A stretch of DNA of 64,000 nucleotides from an uncultured delta proteobacterium (GCA_963803435.1 CAWDML010000001.1:2784001-2848000); one strand, 5' to 3'. Counted from the first letter of the stretch, positions 17,633-27,139 are shown. The notes: a model not told the origin generated them from the sequence alone. Numbers and translations: made by a program.

Positions 17633-20538
17633 CTGAAGATCCTCTCGATGAGCCGGTTCGCGTCGTCGATCATGCTGCGCGCCATGTTGATCATCTGATC
17701 TCGGAACTTGGTGATCTTGTCGATCTCCGAGAAGATCAGCTCGCGCGCCCGCGGCGCCTTGTCCGCCTTGCTGGCCTTCTCGCGAAGCTCGTCTCCCAGC
17801 CTTTCGATCCCGCGGTCCAGAACCTGCGCGCGCTCGTGAAGGTCCTTGGTCTCCTCCTGGGCCGCCTTGAGCTCGTGGCTGTCCTCCGGCAGTGCGCCCG
17901 ACGCGACCTTGGCCTCGAGCGACTTGACCTTCTTCTCGGCGGCGTCGATGTCCTTGTTGATCTCACGCCGATCTTCGATGCGCGCGTCCTGGCTCTTGCT
18001 AATGTCCTGGCGCTGGGCATCCCACTTGGCAGCCTCGTCCTCCTGCTTGGTGAGCTCGCGCAGCTTGTCTTCGCGTTCCTTGTCGGACCACTTCGCGAAG
18101 ATCAGCATGAAGTAAAAGACCTTGTCCTGAATGGACAGCGCTGGATCCGCCAGCACCTGGGCGCACTCGAGCGCGCGCCTCTGCGCCGGAGTCGGATCGC
18201 CTTTGCGAGAGGACGACGTCGTCCCGTCGGACCGAGCGGAGTCGTGCGGAGGCTCTCGATCGCCCGGTCGCTTCGGAGGTTCGTCGCCCCCATTGCCGGT
18301 ACCACCGGTACCACCGGTACCACCGGTACCGCCGGTACCACCTTTGCCACCATCTGCCGGCGGCAGGATGCCCATGGCCTCGAGGTTGGCCTTGTTCTCG
18401 AGCATCGTCGACTCGACCTGCTTGGGATCCGAGAATGCGCCGACCAAGAACTTCAGGCCAGTGAGGACGTTCTCGTCCGACGCCTTCAGGCGCTCTTGCT
18501 CTCGCTGGTCGATCTTCCCTTGCAGAATCGGGACACCCTTCATGCCCTCGTGGATGTCTTTGCGGAGCGTTCCGATCTGCGTCTGATACTCGTCGGCCGT
18601 CTTCTGAAGGCTGGCAATCGCCGCCTCGGCCGTCTTTTGGGCCTCGGGCTCCGACGGGAGCGTGTCTTTCAGCTCCTTGATGTGGGTCCGAACCTTCGCG
18701 AGCTCCGACTCCATGTCGGCGAGCCGTCGCCGCTCGGTCTCGATGCGCTGGCGTCCGTGATCGAGCGCCGCCCGGGCGTCCTTGATCGCAGCCTTGTCTT
18801 GACTCTCGGTCGCGGTGGCGAAGAGCGCGAGCAAGCTCGACGCCTCTTTGGAGACGCCAAGGTCGACCAGCTTCTCACAGAGCCGGGTCACGAGGTCGAG
18901 GTTGGTGGTCGGATGGTGCTTCTCGACAATCTCCTCGATCGCCGCGGCGACCTTGTCTCGAAGCTCCGCGTTCTCTGGCTTCTTGAGGTCGGGGAAGATT
19001 CCCACGGTGTTGGCTGCGCTGGCCTTGGGATCCTTCGGGTCGATGAAGTTGATGAGGGTGCTCTTGGGCTCCGGCGCCGCGGATTTGCTGGCGGTTGCGC
19101 TGGCCTCGCCGCTCGTACGCGCCTTCATCCGATCGAATCCCGTGGTACCGCTCGGGTCGCGCTCGGCGAACAGTCCCTGATAGATCCGGTCGATCGTGGA
19201 GAGGCGATCGAGGTCGTGCCGCTGAGACGGCCTCAGATCGAGCGCGTCCGCCACCAGTCGGGCCAGCGCCTTGCCGGTCAGCTTGCCGAGCGCGTCCGTC
19301 ACGCTCTCGGAGGGCCCGACCCCCTCGGTCTCGTACTTGATCGCCTGCATGTGCTCGAGGTTCGCCTCCAGCGCCTTGAGGTCGTCCTCGGCGGCCTTCC
19401 GCTCCCTCGCCGCCGCGTCGATGGTCTCCGGACGCTGGGACGTCATCGCCTGCCTGCAGTTGCGATCGCACCGATCCATCTTCGCGCGGGCGGCCTTGAT
19501 CAGCGCGTTGAGCAGCGCCTCGAGCGTATCGAACTGGTTCGGGGACTCGTAGTCCTTGTACGGAGCGAACGCCGCCTCGATCGCCTTGGCGGCCTTGTCC
19601 ATCCGGGGATGCTCGGCGATGCCGAACGCGTCCGCGGTCTGGCGGGCGATGACCTCCGGCGCGTTGATGCCCTCCGGCATCGGGGTCGGCTTTCTCTTGT
19701 CCTTCGCCGCCTGCGCGCCGGCGAGCGAGGCCGAGAGCGAGCGGAGCAGCGTGAACACCGGGGTGTTCTCGGCGGAGGGCTTGCTCCGCGTGTCGCTCGG
19801 CGAGGCGTCGCCGATCAGGGACTTCGGGATGGGATCGATCGCGGGCGGCGGATCGGCCGGAGCGCCCGTCTTCCCCGCCGCCTCGGGTCCGTCGGCCGCC
19901 ACGAGGTTGCGCACCAGCTTCGAGGCCAGCTCGGCGCCGTCCTTGAGGATCGCCTCACCGAGGTCAATCGCGAGCCCCCACCAGTCCGACCTCTTGTCGA
20001 GCTGCGTATGGCGGGGATGGTCGAGCACCTCGCGGGCGTTGGTGCCGAGCTTCGGCTCGCCGAGGCCCATCCGATCGAGGAGGACCCAGAGCAGGTGGTT
20101 CTTCGGTAGGACCGGCTTGCCGTCCTTGTTGGTGTTCGCACGCTGGCTGAGCTGTGCCTGCGCCGGGTCGTCGACCTTCGGCGGGCTCCCGACGGCCTTG
20201 CGGATGAGCGTGCGAAACGCCTCCTGCGCAACCCCGCTGCCCTTGGTGTCGAGGAGGATCGCCTCGGCGAGCTGGGCGGCGCCCTGAAGGAGGGTCCTGG
20301 GCGCGGGCTTCTTGCCGGACTCGGACGCGCTCTCGGTGGTGCGGGTGACGAGCGTGTCGAACACGGCCTTGGTCTTGGGACCGAGCGAGGCGGCGTCGAA
20401 CGCGTTGGGATCAACCCCAAACTTCTTCAGAAAGCGAGCGCTCACGGCCTTCACGACCTCGGTCAGCGCCTGATCGACGAGCTGCTGAACGACGTCCGGG
20501 CTTCGATTTTGCCCTGCTCTGCTGACGGAGCTGGTCAC
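17629..20538 (-). CDS. 969-aa helical/coiled-coil protein, candidate type III-like secretion substrate
   Basis: GAGGAG RBS, S/T/Q-rich N-terminus, no signal peptide, coiled coils, a GGT linker, and C-terminal LADPALSIQDKVFYFML and RELIFSEIDKITKFRDQMINMARSMIDDANRLIERIFR. Confidence 0.8.
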   Translation of the reverse strand: MTSSVSRAGQNRSPDVVQQLVDQALTEVVKAVSARFLKKFGVDPNAFDAASLGPKTKAVFDTLVTRTTESASESGKKPAPRTLLQGAAQLAEAILLDTKGSGVAQEAFRTLIRKAVGSPPKVDDPAQAQLSQRANTNKDGKPVLPKNHLLWVLLDRMGLGEPKLGTNAREVLDHPRHTQLDKRSDWWGLAIDLGEAILKDGAELASKLVRNLVAADGPEAAGKTGAPADPPPAIDPIPKSLIGDASPSDTRSKPSAENTPVFTLLRSLSASLAGAQAAKDKRKPTPMPEGINAPEVIARQTADAFGIAEHPRMDKAAKAIEAAFAPYKDYESPNQFDTLEALLNALIKAARAKMDRCDRNCRQAMTSQRPETIDAAARERKAAEDDLKALEANLEHMQAIKYETEGVGPSESVTDALGKLTGKALARLVADALDLRPSQRHDLDRLSTIDRIYQGLFAERDPSGTTGFDRMKARTSGEASATASKSAAPEPKSTLINFIDPKDPKASAANTVGIFPDLKKPENAELRDKVAAAIEEIVEKHHPTTNLDLVTRLCEKLVDLGVSKEASSLLALFATATESQDKAAIKDARAALDHGRQRIETERRRLADMESELAKVRTHIKELKDTLPSEPEAQKTAEAAIASLQKTADEYQTQIGTLRKDIHEGMKGVPILQGKIDQREQERLKASDENVLTGLKFLVGAFSDPKQVESTMLENKANLEAMGILPPADGGKGGTGGTGGTGGTGGTGNGGDEPPKRPGDREPPHDSARSDGTTSSSRKGDPTPAQRRALECAQVLADPALSIQDKVFYFMLIFAKWSDKEREDKLRELTKQEDEAAKWDAQRQDISKSQDARIEDRREINKDIDAAEKKVKSLEAKVASGALPEDSHELKAAQEETKDLHERAQVLDRGIERLGDELREKASKADKAPRARELIFSEIDKITKFRDQMINMARSMIDDANRLIERIFR
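18296..18342. repeat. 9-bp tandem repeat (CCGGTACCA x5) encoding a Gly-Gly-Thr linker
   Basis: Read directly: ccggtacca ccggtacca ccggtacca ccggtaccg ccggtacca cc. Confidence 0.9.
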
Positions 20539-20584
20539 ATCTCACTCCTCACCGGGACGCAAATCGCCCAGTGACCCTTGTAAG

Positions 20585-20611
20585 TCATCGGCGAGAGTGA
20601 AGCCAAGTTGC
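20585..20611 (-). promoter_or_regulatory. Candidate sigma-28 (FliA/WhiG-type) promoter for the 969-aa gene
   Basis: Minus strand reads GCAACTTG-N11-GCCGATGA, against the consensus TAAAGTTT-N11-GCCGATAA. The -10 box matches 7/8 and the spacing is exact; the -35 box is weak. Confidence 0.45.
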
Positions 20612-20647
20612 GTGGGAAAGTGTCGGACAATCGGCGTGTCGAGTCTC

Positions 20648-21232
20648 TCAATCCGGACGCATCGGTTTGTGGAGATTCATCGCGGGGTTGTCCTCGGTGA
20701 GGACGTCGATGATACGGTCAATCTCGTCGTAGACGGCCCCCAGGCTGCCCCGCGTGATGTCGTGGGAGCGCCACTTCTTCTCGTACTTGTCGGCGACGAA
20801 GTCGATCACGCCCTGTGTGATCTCGCCGCCCCGGCTCAAGAGGTAAGCTGCGTCCAGGATCTCGGTGGCGCGCATCCGGATCCGCAGATCCACGACCTCG
20901 CCGTCGCCGTCGAGGCCGAGCTGATGGAGCGGCTTCGGCAGGTAGTTGACCGCGTCCAGGCCGTCCCGGCGCATGTTCTCGAGCAGGCGCTCCGACTCCT
21001 CGTAGCGGTTGCGGGCGAAGGAATCCCCGTCGAGCATGGCCGCCCGTTGCGCATCCCGGACGTTCCGGAGCTCGTAGTTGGTGAGCATCCCGTCGAACCC
21101 ACGGCCGCTCCGCTCCGGGAGGATGAGGTAGGACGAGAACCCTTCTGGGTGTCGATTCGCCAGCTTGTCCCGTTGCAGCAGGTCCAAGCGGCTGAACTCG
21201 TACGTGTCGAGCCCGACTCGTCCGAAAGCCAC
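20648..21232 (-). CDS. Hypothetical protein (~195 aa)
   Basis: High third-position GC from GTG 21232 (MAFGRVGLDTYEF). The track's TTG start at 21259 lies in an AT-rich, promoter-like stretch. Confidence 0.72.
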   Translation of the reverse strand: MAFGRVGLDTYEFSRLDLLQRDKLANRHPEGFSSYLILPERSGRGFDGMLTNYELRNVRDAQRAAMLDGDSFARNRYEESERLLENMRRDGLDAVNYLPKPLHQLGLDGDGEVVDLRIRMRATEILDAAYLLSRGGEITQGVIDFVADKYEKKWRSHDITRGSLGAVYDEIDRIIDVLTEDNPAMNLHKPMRPD

Positions 21233-21270
21233 ATCACATATATCGTCTAATGTAGGCAAAGGTTGTCTAT

Positions 21271-22935
21271 TTAGCGGGGGTCGTTCGCACCCAACAGGAC
21301 GAGCTGGATTTCAATCTCGGGCGTCACCCCGAGGCGGCGCCGCACCCGGTCGCGGATCGTGGTCCGGGCGGCCGCTTCCATCGCCTCCCGGGATTCTCGG
21401 CCGTTCGCGGCCTCCGACGCGGCTTTTTGCAGCTCCGCGCCCAGCCCCGGTGGGAGCGACACCCCGCGGGCGCTCAGGGCCACCCCGATGGGGGCACCGG
21501 TGCGCCGGTCGAGGGCGAGGGCGCACACCAAAAGCCCGGCCCGCCCGATCCGGCGGCGATCGCGGATGTCACCCCAGTCGAGGATGCGGCCGGCGGCGTC
21601 CACCATGCGCTTGCTGACCGGCTCGTCGGGCCCCCGGTCCAGCCCCTCGGGCCCGAGGACCACGCTGGCGCCGTCCTCGATCACCTGGATCCGCGCGCGC
21701 GCCATCCCGACCGCCTCCGCGATCCGCGCGTGCGCCTCCAGCATGGTGCGCTCGCCGTGGATGGGGACGAAGTGCCGGGGACGGACGATCCGGAGCAGGT
21801 CGGCTTGCTCCTCGGCGTAGGCGTGTCCGGAGCAGTGGACCGGGGCCATGCGGTCGTGCACGACCTCGATCCCGCGGCGCGCCAGCTCGTTGACGATGCG
21901 GCGCACCGGCTTCTCGTTCCCCGGGATCGTGCGAGCGCTCATCACCACCCGGTCGCCGGGTTGAGGGCGCAGCGCGGCGTCATGGCCTGCGGCGATCCGC
22001 GCGAGCCCTCCGGTGAGCTCGCCCTGGGTCCCGGTCGCCAGCACCAGGACCTCGCGGCGCGGCTTCTGGGCGGCGGCCTCGGCGGTGAGCAGCAGGGTGG
22101 GATCGTTCGGGAGGAGGCCGCGCTCCACGCCGATCGCCCAGGTGCGCTCGAGCGAGCGTCCGGCCAGCATCACCTTTCTACCGTTGCGAAGCGCGGCGTC
22201 CACCGCCGCTCCGATGCGATGCAGGTGCGACGAGAACAGCGAGATCACCACGCGACCGCTCGTGCCTGCGACGATGTCGGCGATCGACTGCGCGACCTCG
22301 TGCTCGGACCGCCCGCGGCCCGTCACCTCGGCGTTCGTCGAGTCGGAGAGCAGCACGTCGATCCCGAGATCGCCCAGGGCGCGCAATCGTTCCACGTCGG
22401 TGCGCAGACCGTCGCGGGGCTGCTCGTCGAGCTTGAAGTCACCGCTGTGGAGGAGGCGTCCGCCCGGCGTCTCGACGTAGATCGCAGCGGCCTCGGGGAT
22501 GGAGTGGGTGACGCGGATGAGCTCCACCACGAACGGGCCCAGCTCGATGCGCCCGCCGAGAGGAACCTCTGTCAACTTGTCTTGCGCGCTGCGTTCGTTC
22601 GAGCTCCGCTCCAGGCGAGAGCGCGCGAACGCGATCGTGGTGGGCGTGCCGAAGACCGGCGTGTCCAGCTCGGCGAGCAGCGCCGGAAGCGCGCCCAGGT
22701 GGTCCTCGTGACCGTGCGTGAGCACGACGCCCCGCAGGCAGCGCCGCTCCCCGAACAAGGGCTCGAACCCCGGAACTGCGCGCTCGATGCCGGGCGCGTC
22801 CCAGACCCCGAGCAACGCCCCGCAGTCGATCAGGAGCGCGTCGTCGCCATACAGCAGCAGCGTCGCGTTGAGCCCCACCTCTCCGCACCCGCCGAGCGGC
22901 AGGACCCGCAGCTGAGCCCCGGGTTCAGACGCCAT
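21271..22935 (-). CDS. rnj: Ribonuclease J
   Basis: PLGGCGEVGLN, LTHGHEDH, VTHSIPE, HSGDFKLD, LLSDSTNA, TGTQGE, HCSGHA, FVPIHGE. Confidence 0.93.
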   Translation of the reverse strand: MASEPGAQLRVLPLGGCGEVGLNATLLLYGDDALLIDCGALLGVWDAPGIERAVPGFEPLFGERRCLRGVVLTHGHEDHLGALPALLAELDTPVFGTPTTIAFARSRLERSSNERSAQDKLTEVPLGGRIELGPFVVELIRVTHSIPEAAAIYVETPGGRLLHSGDFKLDEQPRDGLRTDVERLRALGDLGIDVLLSDSTNAEVTGRGRSEHEVAQSIADIVAGTSGRVVISLFSSHLHRIGAAVDAALRNGRKVMLAGRSLERTWAIGVERGLLPNDPTLLLTAEAAAQKPRREVLVLATGTQGELTGGLARIAAGHDAALRPQPGDRVVMSARTIPGNEKPVRRIVNELARRGIEVVHDRMAPVHCSGHAYAEEQADLLRIVRPRHFVPIHGERTMLEAHARIAEAVGMARARIQVIEDGASVVLGPEGLDRGPDEPVSKRMVDAAGRILDWGDIRDRRRIGRAGLLVCALALDRRTGAPIGVALSARGVSLPPGLGAELQKAASEAANGRESREAMEAAARTTIRDRVRRRLGVTPEIEIQLVLLGANDPR

Positions 22936-23906
22936 CCCCACCCCGCCTGCGGCGAAACCACTCGACGAAGCGCGGGATGCCCTCGGAGACCGGCGTGGTG
23001 GGATCGTAGTCGAGCTCGCTCTTCGCGCGCTCGATCGACGCGTAGGTGATCGGAACGTCGCCCGGCTGATCGGGGACGCGGTCGAGGATGGCCTTCTTGC
23101 CGAGGGCGCGCTCGATCGCCGCCACCAGCTCGGCCAGCGACGTGGTGGCCGCGCCCCCCAGGTTGTAGATGCGGTACCCGGGCTCGCGGACCGTCCGATC
23201 GATGGCGGCCAGCACCCCGGTCACGCAGTCGTCGATGTACGTGTAGTCGCGGGAAGACGCGCCGTTGCCGTGGAATCGGATCGGCTCGCCGTCCTCGATG
23301 CGCTGGGTGAACAGATGGATCGCCATCTCCGGGCGCTGCCGCGGCCCATAGACGGTGAAGAAGCGGAGCGCCGTGAAGTGCGTCCCGAACAGGTGGTGAT
23401 AGGTAAAGCCGAACAGCTCGCCCGCCTTCTTGGTGGCGGCGTAGGGGCTGATCGGATCGTCGACGCGGTCCTCCTCTCGAAACGGCACGGTCCGGCGAGC
23501 TCCGTACACCGACGAGCTGGACGCGAAGATGAAGGGCCGGAATCCCGTGCTCCCGCGCGAGCTCGAGCAGGCGGACGGTGCCCTCCACGTTGTTCATCTC
23601 GTACACCAGCGGCTGGCGGATCGACGGACGCACGCCCGCCCAGGCGGCCAGGTGGCAGATGGCGTCGGGCTTGGTGCTCTCGAAGGTGGCCTGCAGCGCC
23701 TCCTTGGCCTTCACCACGTCGGCGCGGACCAGCTTGAACCGACCCGAGGTGGAGGCCTCGACCTCGCGGATGTTCGCCTCCTTGATCGAGGGATCGTAGA
23801 AATCGTTGAAGTTGTCGACGCCGATCACCTCGTCGCCGCGGGCGCAGAGCGCCTCGCAGACGGCCGAGCCGATGAAGCCGGCGGCGCCGGTGACCAGGAC
23901 GCGCAT
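22925..23906 (-). CDS. NAD-dependent epimerase/dehydratase (UDP-glucuronate 4-epimerase-like); frameshift near 23535
   Basis: VLVTGAAGFIG and HLAAWAGVRPS, then in the shifted frame FASSSSVYG, SPYAATKK (YxxxK), LRFFTVYGPRQRPEMA, QPGDVPIT. Confidence 0.9.
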
Positions 23907-23998
23907 GACGACCGACGCTCACCTCTCGGCACTCGCGCGTCAACGGTGGGTGGGGTGCCTTTCTTGACAGCATCCAGAGGTCGGGCGAGGACTTTGCT

Positions 23999-24928
23999 GT
24001 GCGGCCCGAACAGGTGCTCGTCGTGCTCGCCGTCCTCGCCCTCGCCCCCGCGGTCGCCGAGGCCGGCGAGAACGACTTCCGCCTGAACGCGCGGCGCGAC
24101 GGCCGCGGCATCCTCTTCACCGAGAGCGGCGGTCGCTTCGAGCCGAACAACGAGCTCTTCCGCGACTTCACCACCGAGCTCGGCTTCGTCTTCGCGCCCC
24201 GTCTGGCCGCACCCGCCGAGACCCTCGGCCACTCCGGATTCCAGGTGAGCGCGCTCTGGAGCGGCACATTCGTCTCGAACGATCAGGACTTCTGGTTCGT
24301 CACCGACCGCGCGCAGCAGGGTCGCTCACCGCAGGGGATGCTGCAGACGCTGCAGCTCGACGTGCGCAAGGGCCTCCCGTTCTCCTTCGAGATCGGCGTC
24401 AACTTCATGTGGTTGATCGACAGCGAGCTCTTCGCCCCCGGCCTCGAGGTCCGCTGGGCCCTCCAAGAGGGCTACAAGTACGTCCCCGACTTCGGGCTGC
24501 GCGGCTCGGTCAATCACATGGTCGGCAACCGCGACCTGCTCCTCACCACCGTCGGGATCGACGCCGTCCTCTCGAAGAACTTCGGTCTCTTCGGCATGGT
24601 CAACGTCGCCCCGTACCTGAGCTGGTCGTTCATCCTGATCGCCGCCACCTCGCGCGTCATCGATCCGACCCCCACCGCCGAAGTCACGGATCAGATCCGC
24701 CTGCCCGACGGCACCACGCGCAGCGTCGCCCGCTCGGACATCGAGAACAACTTCGTCTTCGACGAGGTCACCGCCGGCAGCAAGCTCCATCACAAGCTCA
24801 CGATTGGGCTCCGCACCGTCTACTACGTCCTCAACCTGTCGGTGCAAGGCGAGTTCGAGATGCTGGGCGGCAAGGGCGCGTTCGGTCCGGTCGCCACCAT
24901 CACCACGAAGCTGGGGCTGGATTTCTAG
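23999..24928 (+). CDS. Putative outer-membrane beta-barrel protein
   Basis: Signal peptide ending AEA, alternating hydrophobic beta strands, and a C-terminal KLGLDF beta-signal. Confidence 0.75.
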   Translation: MRPEQVLVVLAVLALAPAVAEAGENDFRLNARRDGRGILFTESGGRFEPNNELFRDFTTELGFVFAPRLAAPAETLGHSGFQVSALWSGTFVSNDQDFWFVTDRAQQGRSPQGMLQTLQLDVRKGLPFSFEIGVNFMWLIDSELFAPGLEVRWALQEGYKYVPDFGLRGSVNHMVGNRDLLLTTVGIDAVLSKNFGLFGMVNVAPYLSWSFILIAATSRVIDPTPTAEVTDQIRLPDGTTRSVARSDIENNFVFDEVTAGSKLHHKLTIGLRTVYYVLNLSVQGEFEMLGGKGAFGPVATITTKLGLDF

Positions 24929-25123
24929 CTAGGCTTCGTCGTCCGGTGGTTCGAGCTTCTTCTTCGGGGTCACATCGATCTCGTTGTCACCCTTCAGTCC
25001 GCGCTTGAAGTTGCGGACGGAGCGACCGAGGGCATCGCCGAGCTGGGGTAGCCGCGTCGCTCCGAGCACCAGCACGATCACGAAGATGATGATCAGGGAC
25101 TCTTGGAGGCTCGGACAACCCAT
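24929..25123 (-). CDS. tatA: Twin-arginine translocase TatA/TatE
   Basis: ESLIIIFVIVLVLGATRLPQLGDALGRSVRNFKRGL. Confidence 0.85.
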   Translation of the reverse strand: MGCPSLQESLIIIFVIVLVLGATRLPQLGDALGRSVRNFKRGLKGDNEIDVTPKKKLEPPDDEA

Positions 25124-25150
25124 GTTGCGCGAGATGAACGTAGCACAGCG

Positions 25151-27139
25151 TCAGGGGGTGGGCTCGGTTTTCTTCGCGCTCTCCTGGGGCGCCTTGACGA
25201 ACTCGACGCGAAACTTTCGTTGCTCGATGCCGTCGGGAATCTCGGGAAAAACGACGACGAACCGGGCATTTGCCCCCGGGTCGATCTCGAGCTGCTCAGG
25301 CGAGGCGTTCTGCTTCGCGGTGCGGTACGCGGCTTCCAGATCCGCCGGGCTCTCCACCGAGGCCAGCGTGGCTTCGTCCAGCGCGACGCCGACGAGCGCA
25401 CGGCGGCGCTCCACGATCTCGTCCCCGTCCATCATGAGGACGACCGCCTGAACGTTGTCGAGCGTGGTCTCGGTCTCGTTGCGTGCGCTCCCCGAGACCA
25501 CCAGCATGCGCGCGCCGTTCCGCCCGTCGTAGGAGGTGACGCGCGCACCGAGCGGGCTGACGCGCTCGAGACTCTCGGGGAGCAGCTTCTTCGGCTGGAT
25601 CAGCTCGGTGCCCATCCGGAGATCGGTCCACCCGCCCACCAGGCCGGGGAACACGAACAGCGCGATCACGAGACCGACCGCCGCACCCACCACGGTGGGC
25701 CAGACACCGATCGACGACTCCGTCTCCTCATCGCGGTACGCCGCCGCCACCGCGGTCTTGGCGTGGCTCACCTCGCCGTGCATCTGCGCGGTGCTGCCGA
25801 ACCGGATCCGCGCCAGCGGCTCCGGCGTCGGCCTCGGCGGCGACGGCGGGGACATGAAGTCGTCCTCCACCGGCGCGTCGAACATCGGGGGCGGGACGCC
25901 GATGTCGATGTCGGCGAACGGATCGTCGTCGGTGGCGCCGGCCGGGACGATCTTCTCCACGTTCGACCGCGGCTTCCCAAGGTCGGGCGGCGGCGGGAAC
26001 ATTCCCGTCTTCGGATCGGACTTCGGGACACCGCGCTGGTGCAGGTCCGGCCCCGGCGCCGGCGGGTTCTGGAACGGGTTGGACTCCGGCCGACCGAGGG
26101 GCTGCGACAGCGGGTTGGCGTCGGGAAACGGATCAGGCCCCGCGCGGTGCCCCTGCGGCGCCGGATACGGATCGACCGGGGAGATCGCGCTGAAGGGATC
26201 GGGCGCGATGAACGGGTTCGCTCCAGGCTGCGACCCGAGCTCAGGGAACGGATCCTTCGAGCCGGACGGGATCTTCGCGAACGGATCTTTGGAGCCGGAC
26301 GGGATCTTCGCGAACGGATCGTGCGACGCCGGTGCGCGGTCGAACGCATTCATCGGAGAGCTGGAGGGGATCTTCGAGAACGGATCGCTGGAGCTCGACG
26401 GGATCTTCGCGAAAGGATCGGGCGCGCTCGACGAGATCTTCGCGAACGGTCCGTTGCCGTCGGGGTGGAGCTTCACGAACGGGTTGTTGCCGTCGGAGTG
26501 GAGCTTCGGGAACGGCTCGGTCGACTGCGACGGGATCTTGGCGAAGGGATCAGGGCCGATGCCCGGCGGGAAGTGGCCCGGGGACGAGGGCTGCTTGGGA
26601 AACGGATCGGCGCCGTGGAGCGCCGGAGGCGCGAAGTCGTGGAAGGGATCGCGCTTCGAGCCTGGCAGCCTCATCTGCTCCGTCTTCATCTCGGAGAGAG
26701 CGCGCGGCTCCGGAAATCGATCTTGGGTCGGCGGATCGGGGAATGTCGGGAGCTCGCGACGCGTGCTCTCCGGGAACGCCGGCAGTCCGCTCGATCTCGG
26801 CGGCTCCGGTTGCGGGGCCCGCGGCGGCGCGGATCCGAAGCCGAGGGCCGCCGCGACCTCCTGGGTGGTGGCCGGCGGCGGGATCGAGCGCGGCGGTCGG
26901 CTCGGCGGGGTCGATCCGGCCGCGATGGTCGCGAGCTTGTCGGGCGACACCTTGACGGTGGTGGCGCCGACCTCACCGAAGCTCAGGCTGGGGGTCCCGG
27001 CCGGCGTCTCCAGCCCGGCCTCCTTCCGCACGACGAACACGTGGGCGCACTTGCTGCAACGTACCTTGACGCCGCCGCCGGTGACCTTCCCGTCCGCGAT
27101 CCTGAACTTGGTCTCACACTTGTCGCATTGGACGATCAT
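25151..27139 (-). CDS. Zinc-ribbon (MJ0042-type) protein with proline-rich linker, TM and C-terminal DUF3426-like domain
   Basis: MIVQCDKCETKFRI..KVRCSKCAHVF, a long P-rich region, TM VWPTVVGAAVGLVIALFVF, then LVVSGSARN..IDPGANARFVVVF. Confidence 0.82.
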   Translation of the reverse strand: MIVQCDKCETKFRIADGKVTGGGVKVRCSKCAHVFVVRKEAGLETPAGTPSLSFGEVGATTVKVSPDKLATIAAGSTPPSRPPRSIPPPATTQEVAAALGFGSAPPRAPQPEPPRSSGLPAFPESTRRELPTFPDPPTQDRFPEPRALSEMKTEQMRLPGSKRDPFHDFAPPALHGADPFPKQPSSPGHFPPGIGPDPFAKIPSQSTEPFPKLHSDGNNPFVKLHPDGNGPFAKISSSAPDPFAKIPSSSSDPFSKIPSSSPMNAFDRAPASHDPFAKIPSGSKDPFAKIPSGSKDPFPELGSQPGANPFIAPDPFSAISPVDPYPAPQGHRAGPDPFPDANPLSQPLGRPESNPFQNPPAPGPDLHQRGVPKSDPKTGMFPPPPDLGKPRSNVEKIVPAGATDDDPFADIDIGVPPPMFDAPVEDDFMSPPSPPRPTPEPLARIRFGSTAQMHGEVSHAKTAVAAAYRDEETESSIGVWPTVVGAAVGLVIALFVFPGLVGGWTDLRMGTELIQPKKLLPESLERVSPLGARVTSYDGRNGARMLVVSGSARNETETTLDNVQAVVLMMDGDEIVERRRALVGVALDEATLASVESPADLEAAYRTAKQNASPEQLEIDPGANARFVVVFPEIPDGIEQRKFRVEFVKAPQESAKKTEPTP
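26235..26553 (-). repeat. Degenerate 33-nt (11-aa) tandem repeat, DPFAKIPSxxx
   Basis: DPFAKIPSQST EPFPKLHSDGN NPFVKLHPDGN GPFAKISSSAP DPFAKIPSSSS DPFSKIPSSSP ... DPFAKIPSGSK DPFAKIPSGSK DPFPEL. Confidence 0.9.
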
